48,133 bases of DNA from Octopus sinensis (GCF_006345805.1 NW_021834649.1:1-48133), one strand, 5' to 3'. Shown: positions 11,559-23,247, counted from the first letter of the stretch. Notes: generated by a model not told the origin, from the sequence alone. Translations and numbers: made by a program.

Positions 11559-11600
11559 AACGCACACACACACATAAACGCACACACACACACACACACA
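10850..11600. repeat. (TA)n/(TACA)n/(CA)n microsatellite block
   Basis: Visible directly; it explains the YVCM-type minus-strand ORFs. Confidence 0.97.
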
Positions 11601-14600
11601 CATCCCTCCGCCTCATCTTCACCCCCTCCACACACAACACTGTTCCCTCCAACTCCCCCGAAGAAGACTCTTCCTCCCCTCCCTTCTCACTCCATCCCCC
11701 CGAACCGCAGAAGCACCCCGCACCACAACCCGGCTGCATCACATTGCGCCGTTGCGGGCTGCAATTGCAGGTGCACCGCCTTGCAGCACTGCACCGTCCC
11801 ACAGCGCTACGTGCTACGCCGCTCCAGGCACCGACACAGCAACTCCCCGTGCCACGCGACACGGCCCTGCACCGCATCGCGGAACCACTGCACGGCACGA
11901 TACTGCACCGGATCACACTGTACCGCCGCAAACAAATGCACTTCAGTGCACCACGGTAGTGCACATCATAATACACCGTACTACACTTCAAAACACTGTA
12001 ATACACTAAATAGCACTGTACTATACCTCGACGAACCATACAACACTGCACCTAAACTCGCGGCGCAGTGTCACACTACAAAATCCCACTGTGCACCACA
12101 CTGCAACGCATCAAATCGCACCCAGCTACGTTGCACTGCGCCGCAACACATCCCACTTGAATACACCACCCGACACAACACTGTCCCATACTACAGGAGA
12201 CCAAGTTCTCGCGCGGTATACAACAACACCTCATACTTCATCACGAACTGTAGCCACCTGCATTACACCACACCAAACTACATCACAGGCGGCAAGGCCA
12301 TACCTGCCTCCGCATCTGACTCCGCCGCAAAGTACATCTCCACACCTGCCGCCTCACCGTGGCGTGCGAAACCAAACCGCAGTAAACCGCCAGAGTTTTT
12401 GCAGCTCAACTCCACGCCGCGCACCTCTGCGTCGCAACACACTCCACAAGACCAAAGTACATCACAGCGTGCTAAGTTGCATAAAAGTACACCAGAGTAC
12501 GCCACACTGCAGAGTGCGTCGCAGCGTGTCACATCGCGTCGAAGTACAACACAGCGTGCGAAACCACTTCCAAGCACACCAGAGTACGCCACACCACGAA
12601 GTACATCGCAGCGTGTCGCATCACTTCAAAGTACATCACAAAGAACCAAGTCACATCAGAGTGCATCAAAGTACGCCAAACCACAAGGTACATCACAGCG
12701 TGCCAAAGCACATCAAAGTGCATCAAAGTACTCCACCTCGAACCAAAGTGCATCTCAGGACGAGACACCGCACCAAGATACATCCCAGTACGAGACACCG
12801 CACCAAAGTACACACCAGTACGTCTCCCTACACCGCCCCAAAGTAGAGTACATCCTCACCTACAAAACAACAGCACCACAGGCTGCACGCTATCGTAACG
12901 TCACACAGTATATCAAACCGAATCGTCCAACCGTACACTACGCCACTCCATCGTACCATACCACTCCAACGTACCATACCACTCCGAGTCATTCCAATTT
13001 ATACTGCATCGATCCACACAGCACTGCAGCAGCGAATCGCACACTTCACTATATCACTCAGCAGTACACGCCATCGCAACAGACCAACCAACACAACACT
13101 ACACTAACCTACAACGCACCACTCCAAACTGCACCGCAGTACACTGCATCGCAACAGACCAACCGACCCAACACTACGCTAACCTACCTCGCACCACTCC
13201 AAACTACACCGCAATACACTGCATCGCAACAGACCAAACGACCCAACACTACACTAACCTACATTGCACCACTCCAAACTGCACCGCAATACACTGCAAC
13301 ACAACAGACCAAACGACACAACACTACACTAACCTACATTGCACCACTCCAAACTGCACCGCAGTACACTGCATCGCAACAGACCAAACGGCACAACACT
13401 ACAGTAACCTACCTCGCACCACTCCAAACTACACCGCAATACACTGCATCGCAACAGACCAAACGACCCAACACTACACTAACCTACATTGCACCACTCC
13501 AAACTGCACCGCAATACACTGCAACACAACAGACCAAACGACACAACACTACACTAACCTACATTGCACCACTCCAAACTGCACCGCAGTACACTGCATC
13601 GCAACAGACCAAACGGCACAACACTACAGTAACCTACCTCGCACCACTCCAAACTACACCGCAATACACTGCATCGCAACAGACCAAACAATACAACACT
13701 ACAGTAACCTACCTCACACCACTCCAAACACCACCGCAATACACTGCATCGCAACAGACCAAACAGCACAACACTACAGTAACCTACCTCGCACCACTCC
13801 AAACACCACCGCAATACACTGCATCGCAACAGACCAAACAACACAACACTACAGTAACCTACCTCGCACCACTCCAAACACCACCGCAATACACTGCATC
13901 GCAACAGACCAAACAACACAACACTACAGTAACCTACCTCGCACCACTCCAAACACCACCGCAATACACTGCATCGCAGTACACTGCATCGCAACAGACC
14001 AAACAACACAGCACTACACTAACTTACACTGCACCACTCCAAACTTCACCGCAATACACTTCATCGCAACAGACCAAACAACAAGTAAGTTACACCACAC
14101 TACCCCAAAACACACCGCATTGCAGTGCACCACTCCATAGCACAACTACACTCCATCAAACAGTGCCATCCCACGCTACACCTCTTACCCTACACTATAT
14201 CCCTGCGTACCACACTCTGTACCACCATCCTCTGTATTACTACACTGCGCCAAACAACACCACCCTAAGCGAAACTACATCGCTCCACACTACAGCAGAC
14301 TCCTCCACACTATATTCCCACTCCACTCCACTCTACAACCCCTCATACTTCACTTCCCCGCACCACACTTACTTGCACTACACCTCACTGCACCACGCAC
14401 CGCCTCACTGCACGAGACCACATCCTCTTGTGCCAGACCACAGTGCGCTGCCGCAGTACACCACTCTACAGCCAGGTGCACTACACAGCAGCGCACCTCA
14501 GTACACTACCTTGCAATATACCACACCACTCCAAACCACTCTCAATTACGCCGCACCCCAAACAACCACACCAAGCAACCCGGCACCCCTGTGGACCACA

Positions 14601-17207
14601 TCGCCCAACAGTGCCACTGCGGTACCCACGGCCACACCAGACTACTTTACATCAGCGCAGACCGTACCAAGCCACACTCCGTTGCCGCACCCTGAACTGT
14701 ATCAAGCTGTACCACAAAGTACCACACCCCGTCACACTGAAGGACAACGTGCCACCCCGCGTTCAGCCAAGAAGACCCTCACAACACCACGTTACACTAC
14801 TGCACTAGCTCCAACCACAACAAAGTACGTTGCCCCACAACAAACCGTGCTTCGGTATAGCACACCACACAGCACCAAAACCACAAGCCGCAGCGTACTT
14901 TACCGTACCAAATTACCCCAAAGTACGACATATAACACTAAAGTACAGCAAAGCAAGCCTTACTACTCTGGACCACATCTAGCTACATTGCAAAGCACTA
15001 CATCACATCGCGTCACACCCCACGAAACTAAACTAAGCCCCACTGTACTAGAGTCATCAGCAGTAGAGTCCCCTCCATTAGAATCAATCCCAGCAGAGTC
15101 CGTAACATTAGAGTCCCCTGCGTTACAATCAATCCCAGCAGAGTCCGTAACATTAGAGTCCCCTGCGTTACAATCAATCCCAGCAGAGTCCGTAACATTA
15201 GAGTCCCCTGCGTTACAATCAATCCCAGCAGAGACCGTAACATTAGAGTCCCCTGCGTTACAATCAATCCCAGCAGAGTCCATAACATTAGAGTCCCCTG
15301 CGTTACAATCGATCCCAGCAGAGTCCGTAACATTAGAGTCCCCTGCATTAGAATCAATCCCAGCAGAGTCCGTAACATTAGAGTCCCCTGCATTAGAATC
15401 AATCCCAGCAGAGTCCATAACATTAGAGTCCCCTGCGTTACAATCAATCCCGGCAGAGTCCGTAACATTAGAGTCCCCTGCGTTACAATCAATCCCAGCA
15501 GAGTCCGTAACATTAGAGTCCCCTGCGTTACAATCAATCCCAGCAGAGACCGTAACATTAGAGTCCCCTGCGTTACAATCAATCCCAGCAGAGTCCATAA
15601 CATTAGAGTCCCCTGCGTTACAATCGATCCCAGCAGAGTCCGTAACATTAGAGTCCCCTGCATTAGAATCAATCCCAGCAGAGTCCGTAACATTAGAGTC
15701 CCCTGCATTAGAATCAATCCCAGCAGAGTCCATAACATTAGAGTCCCCTGCGTTACAATCAATCCCGGCAGAGTCCGTAACATTAGAGTCCCCTGCGTTA
15801 CAATCAATCCCAGCAGAGTCCGTAACATTAGAGTCCCCTGCGTTACAATCAATCCCAGCAGAGTCCGTAACATTAGAGTCCCCTGCATTAGAATCCATCC
15901 CAGAAGAGTTCATAACATTAAAGCCCCATGCATTAGAATCCATCCCAGAAGAGTTCATAACACCAGAGTCTACTGCATTAGACTCTACCCTTATAGAGCC
16001 CAACACACTTGAACCCACCCAACAAGAGTTCACAGCTCTAGAGTCAAACCCACAAGAGTCCAACACACTAGAGTCTACAGCGCCAGAGGTGAACCCACAA
16101 GAGTCTAACACAGTAGAGTCCATAGTACTAGCTAACACCACATCAAACTGCACAAAACCTCTCCCTACCAAACTTTACCCAATCGACCCCCACCCCACCA
16201 AACCGCACTTCACGACACAGCACTCTACCCCAGGATGCTCCACCTTCACAACAGTTTACGAAGCCACACCGCATTACAAGACACTACGTCACATCTCGCT
16301 TAATCGCCCGTACCACCACTCTACTACACCTCATCTCCACACGAGCCCCTGCACCGCACCCGACTACCTCACCCTGCTCCACATCTCCCCACACTGCCCC
16401 TCACCCTACTACACGACTCCGCAATATACAACGCCGCCGACCGCATATTACACCAGCCCGCATCAAAAGCTCAACTGCTCCTACCCATATTTCGCTTCAA
16501 CACCTTGCATCCCACACCCCTGTGTCGCACCATCTCCCTGTGCCCCACGCCATCGCATTGTGTCCCCTTGCACCCCGTCCAACCGTGTAACACTCCCTGC
16601 AATTTACTGCGCCACTCCATACAAAGCTAAATCGCAGTGCACCGCGTTACCTGCTCTTAACCGCAGCACATCACACTGTGCTATACTACATCACAGCGCG
16701 GCACAGCGCACTACGTTGCCGACACTTCCTTGCGTCCCACAGCACCCCAGTGCGCCACAACACTCCACCAACTGCTCTGTACTGCGCAGCACTGCATTAT
16801 CTTCATTGTGCACCGTCAAACCGCACCCCACTCACCTGAACCACCCTTCACCGTACCAATCACACTGCATCATACCACCACGTTACCAGACGTCACAGTT
16901 TCCTGCACCGCACCAAACAACGCTGCACCGCACAGCACAACGCCTCCACCTTCCATCTGTACAAACTACACTGCGCTGCACTGCAGCCCACACAGCTGTA
17001 ACACGCAGTAGGGATCTTTGCTGCACATCGCCACACATCACTGCACCAGTAACACGCTGTGTCACACCTCCACGCACTTGCACTGTCTATTTTTCGCATT
17101 ACGTCCTACGTCACACTGCACTAGATTTCACTGAAGAACCCAGCGGCGTCACGCCTCATCGCACAATTCACACGCCACCCGGCTCTAACCATGGCTTCGG
17201 TGAATGA
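11505..17207 (+). CDS. Putative giant exon/ORF (1,900 codons, no Met) encoding a Thr/Pro/Ser/His/Tyr/Gln-rich, mucin-like repeat protein
   Basis: One frame is open from the TGA at 11502-11504 to the TGA at 17205-17207. The other plus frames reach at most 251 aa in the ORF track. Repeat periods are 75, 45 and 15 nt, and variation within repeats is often synonymous (GCG/GCA, TCA/TCG, CCA/CCG). The track's initial M is a TTG. Confidence 0.65.
13063..14084 (+). repeat. 75-nt coding tandem repeat (~14 copies; QYTASQQTKRHNTTLTYIAPLQTAP)
   Basis: ACACTGCA recurs at 13141, 13216, 13291 and onward. A 3-unit block is duplicated (13216-13440 vs 13441-13665), and there is one 15-nt QYTAS duplication near 13965-13990. 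Confidence 0.95.
15068..15960 (+). repeat. 45-nt coding tandem repeat (~20 copies; ESVTLESPALQSIPA) with a 315-nt higher-order repeat
   Basis: Unit GAGTCCGTAACATTAGAGTCCCCTGCGTTACAATCAATCCCAGCA; the variant GAGACC recurs at 15232 and 15547. Confidence 0.95.
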
Positions 17208-18411
17208 TGAACAAAACCTGTTTAAGGGTATGAACGAGGTGAAGACATCCCTCGGTAGTTTTATCACTACGGAAAGCGTTAATTCAGATAACACTGGCTA
17301 CCAAAAATCCGTATCTGAGATCCACCCATCACAGAAGGAAACGCCGCATGAAGATGTACCTGTTGCTAGCAAGAATGATAATGTACGCGCTGGTGGGGCT
17401 ACGACAAACATTGGTGAACACACCGAAGAAATAAATGTCACTTACCCCCACATCAGTCTGCAGCCGGCAAAGAAGAAACTGTCATCGCTCGAGTCACAGC
17501 GAGTGATGAACGTGTATATTGACATGGTGGAAAGAGCCGTGTTGGTAGGTATGTTTCCATTTGTCTTGGAGAATTTGCACCTCTTCGAGGACGCGTTCGA
17601 CGATCACTTGAAAGCGTGTTTTAAGAACCACGCCGACCTCCAGGCATCCTACACGGAAACGCGGCGTGAGTTTCTCACGTTTTGCCGCAGAATGCGTCGG
17701 TCCGCCCAGCCGCAGCCGAAAACTATAGACCTTACTGCCGAAGCTGAGAAAATGAAAAAGCTTTCGAATTGTGATTTTGAGGGTGAAGAAGAGGAAGAGA
17801 GTACCGTTGTTATGACTAGTGAAGATGACACTGATATTCACTATAGGCATTCCACAAGTGATGATGTAGATGGTACGGACATGTACCATGATGGCGATGA
17901 TGAATATGATGCCAGCATTGGGAAAGCCAGGAAAAAAAATAGCTACGACAGCCATAGCAACTGGATGCTTAAGGAAGATGAGGATGGGGATTACCCTTTG
18001 CAATCCTTATCGTCGAGTGCTTCGCCCTACAGCGTCGACTCCTCGGTGGAAATGAGGGAGAGCAGCGACGAAAGCCTGAGGGCTCACGAACTCGGCCGCC
18101 AGCTGTCGAACCTCGCCGACCGGCTGGGCAACTCCTGTAAGAATATACTGCGCGCGGTAAACGAGAACACGACGGCCGAGAAGGAGATACTGAGCTACAG
18201 GGACAACATGTCGCCGGAGCTGCAGGAGTTTGTGAGCAAACTCAACGAGCTGAAGAGCATTTTGAGAATCCGCCTGCTGACCACCCCTCTCGAAGAAAAG
18301 GAGCAAGATGAATACCTGAAAGAAACGGCAGAGAAAGCGGTTCAGAACAAGAAGCTTATTGAAAAACTTGAGAAAGAACTGGCAGAGGTAACAGCGGCCA
18401 AGGACGAGCAG
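17191..18411 (+). CDS. IQCD: Dynein regulatory complex protein 10 / IQ domain-containing protein D, coding exon 1
   Basis: AACCATGG Kozak context. KKLSSLESQRVMNVYIDMVERAVLV and LNELKSILRIRLLTTPLEEKEQ match the DRC10 coiled-coil segments as I recall them. Phase-0 donor CAG|GTATTA at 18412. Confidence 0.88.
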
Positions 18412-18435
18412 GTATTACGTATGGGTTGTTTATTA

Positions 18436-19430
18436 TTATCGCTATGTTCAGAGTTCAAATTCCGCCGATGTCGATTTTGCCTTTATTCCTATCGGGGTCG
18501 ATTAAATAAGTACCAGTTACGCACTGGGGTCGATATAATCGACTTAATCCCTTTGTCTGTCCTTGTTTGTCCTCTCTGTGTTTAGCCCCTTGTTGGTAGT
18601 GAAGAAATAGGTATTTTGTCTGCCACTACGTTCTAAGTTCAAATTCACCCGAGGTCGACTTTGCCTTTCATCCTTTCGGGGTCGATTAAATAAGTACCAG
18701 TTACACACTGCGGTCGATATAATCGACTTAATCCCTTTGTCTGTCCTTGTTTGTCCTCTCTGTGTTTAGCCCCTTGTTGGTAGTGAAGAAATAGGTATTT
18801 TGTCTGCCACTACGTTCTGAGTTCAAATTCACCCGAGGTCAACTTTGCCTTTCATCCTTTCGGGGTCGATTTAATAAGTACCAGTTACGCACTGGGGTCG
18901 ATATAATCGACTTAATCCCTTTGTCTGTCCTTGTTTGTCCTCTCTATGTTTAGACCCCTGTGGGCAATAAATCCGTTTGTCTGTCCTTGTTTGTCCTCTC
19001 TGTGTTTAGCCCCTTGTAGGTAGTAGAGAAATAGGTATTTTGTCTGCCGCTATGCTCTGTGTTCAAATACCGCCCAGGTCGACTTTGCCTTTCATCCTTT
19101 CGGGGCTCGATTAAATAAGTACCAGTTACACACTGGGGTCGATGTAATCGACTTATCCCCTTTGTCTGTCCTTGTTTGTCCCCTCTGTGTTTAGCCCCTT
19201 GTGGGTAGTAAAGAAATAAGTATTCGTCTGCCACTACGTTCTGAGTTCAAATTCCGCCGAGGTCGACTTTGCCTTTCATCCTTTCGGGGTCGACTTTACC
19301 TTTCATCCTTTCGGGGTCGATTAAATAAGTACCAGTTACGCACTGGGGTCGATATAATCGACATAATCCCTTTGTCTGTCCTTGTTTGTCCCCTCTGTGT
19401 TTAGCCCCTTGTGGGTAGTAAAGAAATAGG
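18436..19430 (+). mobile_element. Tandem array (~6 units, ~165 bp) of head-truncated SINE family B
   Basis: Units TACGTTCTGAGTTCAAATT...GCCCCTTGTGGGTAGTAAAGAAATAG joined through GGTATTT; starts ~25 bp after the exon donor. Confidence 0.92.
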
Positions 19431-19489
19431 TTGTTTATTATTGTTTACACGGACCTTTGTTTTTCGCAAAACCCTTTGTACTTTTGGTC

Positions 19490-19770
19490 AGCCTGAGGCT
19501 ATAGCAGAAGACACTTGCCCAAGGTGCCACACAGTGGGACTGAACCCGGAACCATGTGGTTGGTAAACAAGCTACTTACCACACAGCCACTCCTGCATAT
19601 ATATATATACGACAGGCTTCTTTCAGTTTCCGTCTACCAAATCCACTCACAAGGCTTTGGTCGGCCCGGGGCTATAGTAGAAGACACTTGCCCAAGGTGC
19701 CACGCAGTGGGACTGAACCCGGAACCATGTGGTTCGTAAGCAAGGTATTTAGCACACAGCCACTCCTGCG

Positions 19771-19844
<74 letters not shown>

Positions 19845-20005
19845 GAGAGGCTTCTTTCAGTTTCCATCTACCAAATCCACTCACAAGGCATTGGTCGGCC
19901 CGGGGCTATAGTAGAAGACACTTGCCCAAGATGCCACGCAGTGGGACTGAACCCGGAACCATGTGGTTGGTTAGCAAGGTATTTACCACACAGCCACTCC
20001 TGTGC
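19490..20005 (-). mobile_element. Three tandem SINE family A head modules separated by (TA)n
   Basis: Heads at ~19490-19595, 19610-19772 and 19845-20005, with no tail modules. Confidence 0.88.
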
Positions 20006-20169
20006 CTATATATATATTTTTTGGGGGCTTTTTTCTTCATTCCTTCCATCACCACTGCCAACTCCACCTTCACCCCTCCCCCCATGCCAAACCCCGCCCC
20101 GCCCCCTGCCACCCTCTCTCATCTTGCTGCACACTTAACCGAAGGCCATCGGAACCCCTTTTTTTCTAG

Positions 20170-20403
20170 GTGAAACAGAAGACTATGAAAATACGCAAAC
20201 TACAAAACGATATCCAGCAGATTGACAAATCGGCCGTAGAGAATATCCGTCGTGTGAAGGCCGAAGCGGACAACACCATCGCTACCGAGATGAAAGGCAG
20301 TGAGAGCAAGACCCAGGCCGTCTACCAGGAACTGGTCCACGCCAAAGCGAATCTTGCAAACCAAACGACAGCGCACAGAGAGAACGAACAAGATTTACGA
20401 AGG
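20170..20403 (+). CDS. IQCD: DRC10/IQCD coding exon 2
   Basis: TTTTTCTAG|GTG...AGG|GTAAGA; 78 codons, VKQKTMKIRKLQNDIQQID...RENEQDLRR coiled coil, phase 0/0. Confidence 0.92.
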
Positions 20404-20448
20404 GTAAGAATTTCTGTGATCTGATACCAAAAGGTTCCCGGTTAGTTA

Positions 20449-21048
20449 TCTTTATATATAAAACTGAAGCTGTGTGAGAGTCTGTCTACTCCGATTTAGA
20501 TTCCTAACTACTCCCACATTTTGCGGTGCAGTTTAACCAAATTCGGGCATCTTATAGTCGTGATTCATATCGAGTCCTTCTCGGTATTAGCGCGCGTCTA
20601 CGATGAGTCTACGATTAAAAAAAAATTTACCATAATTTTTTTCCATTTTTAATGCATTTTTTTCCTATTTTTTGGCTATAACTCTCTAAAAATGCTTATA
20701 TAGTTATTTCCCTTACAAACCCGAGCAACGCCGGACGATACTGCTAGTCTTTATATATAAAACTGAAGTTGTGTGAGAGTCTGTCTACTCCGATCTAGAT
20801 TCCTAACTACTCCCACATTTTGCGGTGTAGTTTAACCAAAACCGGGTATCTTATAGTCGTGATTCATATCGAGCCCTTCTGGGTATTAGCGCGCGTCTAC
20901 GATGAGTCTACGATTAAAAAAAAAATTTACCATCATTTTTTCCCTTTTAATGCATTTTTACGCTATTATATAAGGGAAGTAACTCTCTAAAAATTCTTAT
21001 ATAGTTATTTCCCTTCCAAACCCGAGCAACGCCGAGCGATACTGCTAG
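20449..21048 (+). mobile_element. Two non-autonomous Helitrons in a head-to-tail tandem
   Basis: Each begins TCTTTATATATAAAACTG and ends with a CCCGAGCAACGCCG hairpin followed by CTAG. Junction CTAG|TC at 20747/20748; the array sits between A(20448) and T(21049). Confidence 0.88.
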
Positions 21049-21135
21049 TATATATATATATAAAAGAGGCTTTGGGTCAAAATTGTCACATTTTGTTACG
21101 TCAGAGGTTGGCGTCCAGACCAGAGGTCGAATCGA

Positions 21136-21305
21136 GCCTAGGAGTGGCTGTGTGGTAAGTAGCTTGTTTACCAACCACATGGTTCCGGGTTCAGTCCCAC
21201 TGCATGGCATTTTGGGCAAGTGTCTTCTGCTATAGCCCCGGGCCAACCAATGCCTTGTGAGTGGATTTGGTAGACGGAAACTGAAAGAAGCCCGTCATAT
21301 ATATG

Positions 21306-21349
<44 letters not shown>

Positions 21350-21562
21350 GTGTGTATGTGTTTGTGTGTCTGTGTTTGTCCCCCTAGCATTGCTTGACAA
21401 CCGATGCTGATGTGTTTACGTCCCCGTCACTTAGCGGTTCGGCAAAATAGACCGATAGAATAAGTACTGGGCTTACAAAGAATAAGTCCCGGGGTCGATT
21501 TGCTCGACTAAAGGCGGTGCTCCAGCATGGCCGCAGTCAAATGACTGAAACAAGTAAAAGAG
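21136..21562 (+). mobile_element. SINE family A, full length
   Basis: Head + (TA)n + tail, as at 1362. Confidence 0.9.
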
Positions 21563-21611
21563 AGAAAAAAGAGAGAGACATAGAAGGTGTGATGAGGCAG
21601 AGAGTTGAGTA

Positions 21612-21992
21612 GGCAGTTTTTTCTAGCGGTGTCATATGAAATTGTCAACCATAATTATGACCCTAGTATCGATCTATTGCATTTCAATCTGTTTTAGGGT
21701 TAGGGTTAGGGGTGGGGGGAAGGTATCTTTTTTTCTTCACAAATGTAAATAAACCCAATCTGTTTCTTAAACGAGGGACATATTCATACCGCACAGAATG
21801 TTTTTTTACCTCAATAGACGTCATTGATTGGTTGAAATTGCAGAAATTGAAGAAAAAACAACAACAAATATCTTACAAACTATAGAATTTTCTCAATAAA
21901 GTCGAGAGAAAAAGATGTTTTATAAACACATTCTAACAGTATACGAAGTTTAAAACTGTTTAGTTACCTGAAAATTATGTTAAAAAACTGCC
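21612..21992. mobile_element. Possible MITE with 11-bp TIRs containing (TTAGGG)3
   Basis: GGCAGTTTTTT at 21612 and AAAAAACTGCC ending at 21992; TTAGGG x3 at 21694-21711; no clear TSD. Confidence 0.4.
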
Positions 21993-22074
21993 GCTCAAAC
22001 CGAAAAGATCTGGAATTTTCATAATCAGACAATATCTGTGTAACTGCCAGTCAAACCGAAAAGATCCAAATATT

Positions 22075-22233
22075 ACCGCCTTTAATCGAGCAACTCGACC
22101 CCGGGACTTATTCTTTTTGTAAGCCCAGTACTTATTCTATCGGTCTCTTTTGCCGAACCGCTAAGTGACGGCGACGTAAACACACCAGCATCGGTTGTCA
22201 AGCAATGCTAGGGGGACAAACACAGACACCCAA

Positions 22234-22286
<53 letters not shown>

Positions 22287-22475
22287 AATATATATATATA
22301 TACATATACACGACAGGCTTCTTTCAGTTTCCGTCTACCAAATCCACTCACAAGGCATTGGTCGGCCCGGGGCTATAGCAGAAGACACTTGCCCAAGATG
22401 CCACGCAGTGGGACTGAACCCGGAACCATGTGGTTGGTTAGCAAGCTACTTACCACACAGCCACTCCTGCGCCTA
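22075..22475 (-). mobile_element. SINE family A, full length
   Basis: Reverse-complement tail at 22075-22240, (TA)n, head at 22310-22475. Confidence 0.9.
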
Positions 22476-22881
22476 TATTAACCCTATTGACATTAATTCT
22501 ACCTCTATAATCAAGCCATAACGATATTAACAATATTAATTTTAGTAGTGTAAGGGAGATAACCATTATTTAAGACACTTTTTTTTTCGTCATAAAGGTA
22601 CATCGGGGACTTTTAACGATAATTACCCTAATAACGGGGTACGTCCTAGCAAAACTGTTTGGTTAATAATTCCATAGGATACGCAGATCATATCCAACCT
22701 CCCTTGCCAGTTTTCGTGAAGCTATAGATCAGAATTTCCCAAGAAATTCAAGATAGTTTTCGATTATTAATTAACACAGATTGAGGAGAGGTTTTTTTTC
22801 TAACACAAAAAAAATCTTTCACAAATATTCTCTTTGCATAATAATAAGTTATTAAATACAAATCCACTTTAATGAAAATAC

Positions 22882-22922
22882 TAACATTGAATTTGTTAGC
22901 ACTACCCATTCTTTAAATAATG

Positions 22923-22991
<69 letters not shown>

Positions 22992-23009
22992 TAATAATAA
23001 TTAATAATG

Positions 23010-23056
<47 letters not shown>

Positions 23057-23208
23057 TAATAATAATAATATTTAACATTGATTTTGTTAACACTACCCAT
23101 TCTTAAATAATGATAATAATAATAATAATAATAATTAATAATAATAATATAATAATAATATAATAATAATAATGATAATAATAATTAATAATGATAATAA
23201 TAATAATA

Positions 23209-23247
<39 letters not shown>

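Noticed and set aside
14963-16171. Antisense ORFs (DSAGIDCNAGDSNVT repeat, 402 aa; and 286 aa)
   Set aside because: Largely confined to the 45-nt array, whereas the plus frame continues through non-repetitive flanks. Likely shadows, though not strictly excluded without strand-specific RNA.
18412-18585. C-terminal part of the 464-aa ORF 17191-18585
   Set aside because: Read-through past the donor into SINE-B sequence; homology continues in exon 20170 instead.
18436-19430. Regularly spaced repeats resembling a CRISPR array
   Set aside because: Whole ~165-bp units repeat with no unique spacers, the context is eukaryotic, and there are no cas genes.
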